NCBI GenBank assembly: GCA_013265495.1 | Contig: MU058037.1 | Coordinates: 807,498-871,497 of the forward strand | Reading direction: 5' to 3' | Source: Vicugna vicugna | Lineage: Eukaryota | Length of the DNA stretch: 64,000 nucleotides | In this document: positions 60,131 through 64,000 of the stretch, piece by piece | How positions within the stretch are numbered: the first letter of the stretch is position 1 | Layout of the letters: each line of letters starts with the position of its first letter | Translations under genes and position numbers: made by a program | The notes under the pieces: generated by a model | The model's database searches: none | Told to the model about the DNA's origin: nothing | Seen by the model: the letters and a program-made list of their open reading frames with translations, nothing else

Positions 60131-61629
60131 CTCCTGCACTCTGTCTCACCGAGCTGTCCTTCACGTGCCTGACCTCCATGGAAACTGCCCGCCTCCCTTT
60201 TCAACTCACCAAGAGTGAGCTGAGCTCTGCCAGGTCACAGTTTGGATCAGTCTGCATCCACGTTCTTGAGTCCCATGCATACTTCTTTTCTTATACTCTT
60301 AGACCTTGCCCATTTGAAACAGGATCCGGAAACAGCAACAACGAAAGAGTTGGACATATAGGCGATCAGATAAAAAGTGGTGGCCCATTCCTATGCGAAA
60401 GCAGTGAACGAAGCCAAGTCCTAATCAAGAATCTCGTCTCCTGAAATCTCCTGGCATTTTCAGCAGACTGCAGTTTTCTGAGAATGTCTGTGTTTTCCAG
60501 AGCATGTCTGCTCAGAATGTATGAGCCAACACCTCCTAGGGATTTTCCATCACTTGTTTATATTGTGCCTGGATCTACTCGAATGAGTTTATTATAAATA
60601 AGATAGAGTGGTGGGATTTTTTTCATGAATTGAGACTGAAAATTGGTTTTAAATATTGTTTTCTGCTTTAAACTAACTATAAATGGCATTTAGACTGATT
60701 GCACTATTAGTAGGTAAAGAGTGCTGAGTTTTTAAGGGATTACAACCTGATTTAATATAATTACGAAACCAAATTACAATCAGAAGGGTTGGGTAGGAGG
60801 TTGTAAGAAGCAGCCATTTCCTTTTTCCTGTATAATACTCAAGCCTATCCCATTAAACATTCAATTCTCTTTCAAAAGAAGAGAAAGAAGTAGAATTGCA
60901 CATGTTCCCAGAGCTTAGCACTCTAGTGTAACTCGCCTCTGCTCTCCTACAGGATCCCTCTGTCTATGATGGTTTCTCCGCCAGGAAAACACATCCATCC
61001 AGCTTGTCTCCTGAGACATCCTAACCACCCTCTTAACTTCAACTCTCCAACAGGACTGCTCTAAGGCGGACAGAGGTGGATGGCTCTATCTGGGGTCTGC
61101 CGTAGGGCGAAACTATGGAAGGAGATTGAATTCCATCTTTCCCTTCCTTTCTTGTGGTCCTTTAGCTTTTCAATGCCCTCCTCTTTCCCCACCAAGCTTC
61201 TCAAGTGCTCATACCTGACAGTGTTGATGACTGATTATTACTAAAGTTTTGAAGCTCTCTCAAAGGCATTTCCTTTTACAGGAGACCAAGCAGCAGCAGC
61301 AGTGACAACAAAACAAACCCAAACCCCCACAACGTTTAACCGAAAAGGAGATAAGACAGTGTGGCAGCCTCACGAGGACACGTGTCAGGATGAAGCTTCT
61401 CAAAGTGGCGCACAGAGGCTGTGATCTAGTTCGCCGACGGGGTATGTAAACAGAGGAGACGCCTGCACTTGTAGCAACTTTTAGTAAGAAATTTAACCAC
61501 ATTCATCATATCTGATTCATATAAAGCGAAAATTGCTCCTCCCCAAAATGGAAAAAATTCAACCCTGGCAACTAGGTCTCTTTTAATTTCCCTTTTAGAC
61601 ATCAAAATAACCTCAACTTTTTTTTCCAG

Positions 61630-61790
61630 CTGGCACACAGCTGACCACAGAAGCATAAGTCAGTCCCACAGAGCCTAGCTCACTTCAGGAGAATCATCCA
61701 GCCGCCCTATAGATTCATGAACAGTAATAAAGAGCTGTTATTTTAAGCCACTAAGTTTGGAGCAGTTTGTTTTACAGCAGCTGATATGGG
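61630..61790 (+). mobile_element. MLT1 LTR 3' fragment
   Basis: Contains AATAAAGAGCTGTTATTTTAAGCCACTAAGTTTGGAGCAGTTTGTTTACAGCAG. Confidence 0.65.
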
Positions 61791-63049
61791 GCTAACTGAT
61801 GTGGGGCTCGGTCTTCATCATAAACAAGCCAGCACTATGTAAAGCCCAAGCTCTACATACAAAAAAAACAGCAGCCCCTTGGAAGAAAGACACGTGTTCT
61901 TATACTAGGAATAACTAAGTAAACTACGTGCGCACATATAAAACCTGCTACACTGTGTTCCTTTATTATGTGATTTATCAAACATGAAAAGGGTAAGCTT
62001 GGACACTGCCCATAATTTATGAAAAGGTAGCTTTTAAATTATTATTTTGTTTTACGGAGATTGCAAACAGCCTACTTCAGCTCCCACCATCTTCACATTT
62101 TACCATTATTAAAACATTCTCTCATCTGTGACATCCTTGACTCATGTGACCCAGGGTCATTTTTCTGCTCCCTTTTTTTTTTTAAACTATCAGTTATTCT
62201 GGGTGACAAAAAGAAGGTGAAAGTGGCAGATGAATTTACCCTGAAAAATAGGCAAAGCCCTTCCCCTAGAGCTGATGCCTGAAATGACTCACAAGGTGTG
62301 CCCTTACCCACCCCACGTTAGTAAAGATGTCTATTCCTGATTCCTAGGCAATTTTCCCAGAAGTCATTTGAATGTGGCTTAGAGGCCCATCTATATGTTA
62401 TAGAAAACTGGCAATTACACATATCAGCTGTACCAGGGACTATGAATTTTCCAAATAGTAACATCAAAAGCCTGATGTTTTTCTAGAAAGTGTATGAATC
62501 CTATTTTTCCAATGCCCCAGGCCTCACCTCTTATCCATGGGAGCCATAATTTTTGAAACTACTACTTGGAATAACACCTGAGAAGTTTTCAAAGTGCTTC
62601 CAAATCTTACTTCATCTTCCTCACAGTCTTGACAGAGAGGAAACTAAGAATGAGAACAACTGTCTTGCCCAGGGTCACACCGGAGAGTTAAATGCAAGGA
62701 CTCATTTTTTTCACAAATTCCTATTTATTTTTCAAGCCCAATTTTACATATCACCTCCTCTGTGAAGCCTCCCAGACTCCACAGGCAAACAAAGGCTCCA
62801 TTCTCAGTGACCCTATAGTTCTTTATGATATGACTGTGTATTTTAGTTCTGGTAATGATGCCCTAGCTAGAAGGTGGTTTTCCAAGCCTCAGGAAAACCA
62901 TGTCTTGTTCATCTTATTCTCAGTGCTTTAGCATGAGACAAAGAGCTCTATGCATGTTTAGCAGAACCCTCATTAATTCACAGATGATGACTTTTTTAAT
63001 ACAAATCCTGTAAGTATCCTTTCACAGCAGTATATGGAAGCAGAAGAAC

Positions 63050-63200
63050 ACAGTGCCTAGAAGGTAAACAGGACTCAGGTTGAGTCCCAGTTCTGACACT
63101 CAGTAACTGAGTCACCTTGGATCAGCCACTTCACCTCACTGAGCCTCTGCTTCCTTACCTGCTAAGGATTTCTTCTACAACCACATGGTTAAGGCTAGTT
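63050..63200 (+). mobile_element. MIR SINE
   Basis: Contains GGTTGAGTCCCAGTTCTGACACT...ACCTTGGATCAGCCACTTCACCTCACTGAGCCTCTGCTTCCTTACCTG. Confidence 0.75.
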
Positions 63201-63229
63201 TCCAACAGTGAATATCAAAAAATCAATGG

Positions 63230-63792
63230 GAAAAGATACATGCACCCCAATGTTCACAGCAGCACTAATTTACAATAGCCAAGGCATGGAAGCAACCTAA
63301 GTGTCCACTGACAGATGGCTGGATAAAGAAGACAGGGTATACAGATACAATGGAATACTGCTCAGCCATAAAAAAGAATGAAATAATGCCATTTGCAGCA
63401 ACGCGGATGGACCTGGAGACCGTCATACTAAGTGAAGTAAGCCAGAAAGAGAAAGAAAAATGCCATGTATCACTCATATGTAGGATCTAAAAAAAATGAC
63501 ACAAATGAACTTATTTACAAAACAGAAACAGATTCATGGACATAGAAAACAAACTTCTGGTTACCAAAGGGGAAAGGGGGTGGAGGGGAATAAATTAGGA
63601 GTTTGGGATTAGCAGATGCAAACTACTATATATAAAATAGATAAACAACAAGGCCTCCTGTGTAGCACAGGGAACTGTAGTATCTTGTAACAAACCATAA
63701 TGAAAAAGAATATACGTATATGTAACTGAATCATTTTGCTGTCCACCAGAAACTAACAATATTGCCAATCAACTGTATTTCAATTTTTAAAA
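63230..63792 (+). mobile_element. LINE-1 3' end (older cetartiodactyl-type 3' UTR)
   Basis: Contains AAAGATACATGCACCCCAATGTTCACAGCAGCAC, GGAGTTTGGGATTAGCAGATGCAAACTACTATATATAAAATAGATAAACAACAAG and CACCAGAAACTAACA. Confidence 0.9.
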
Positions 63793-64000
63793 AGTGAACA
63801 GGAAAGAAAAGAGAGGCAAATAAAAAGAAGTGGTACAATGAGACCACTTTCTCTAGTTTCATCATGTGACAAGAACTGCAATAATTCAGAGACCCAGTGA
63901 TTACATTTCTAATTTTAATCATTCCGGGTATGACTTTCAAACTCCCACAACAGATGAAATGCTAGACTCTGGGCATGTAGTTGAATGAAAACACAATCAC

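Noticed and set aside
1..64000. CRISPR arrays, operons, rRNA genes or prokaryotic defence systems
   Set aside because: The sequence is mammalian. There are no repeat-spacer arrays or gene-dense regions, and the only reverse transcriptase is LINE-1 ORF2.

Overview
This is repeat-rich, CpG-poor mammalian genomic DNA, intergenic or intronic. It is most likely camelid, because it carries a tRNA-derived vic-1-type SINE and cetartiodactyl-style L1 3' UTRs. I cannot confidently identify any host protein-coding gene. The main feature is a near-full-length young LINE-1 on the minus strand (about 26646-33319, with a 556-N gap in its 5' UTR). It has a perfect target-site duplication, a YY1-type 5' end and an uninterrupted 1265-aa ORF2. 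Its ORF1, however, is broken by a nonsense codon at codon 12 and a +1 frameshift, and it has an unusually long (397 nt) inter-ORF spacer. The rest is layered transposable-element debris: truncated L1s of several ages, MIR, L2, MLT1/LTR16-type LTRs, a MER34-like ERV1 remnant, and hAT/Tigger DNA transposons. A deeply nested L1 cluster at 33.3-39.7 kb contains a TSD-bounded 3-kb composite L1 that lacks most of ORF2. There are a few candidate splice signals near 2.9-3.1 kb and 7.3 kb. Repeat family names come from recalled consensus motifs, not from a database search, and boundaries of old elements are approximate. I found no convincing wholly new biological system.
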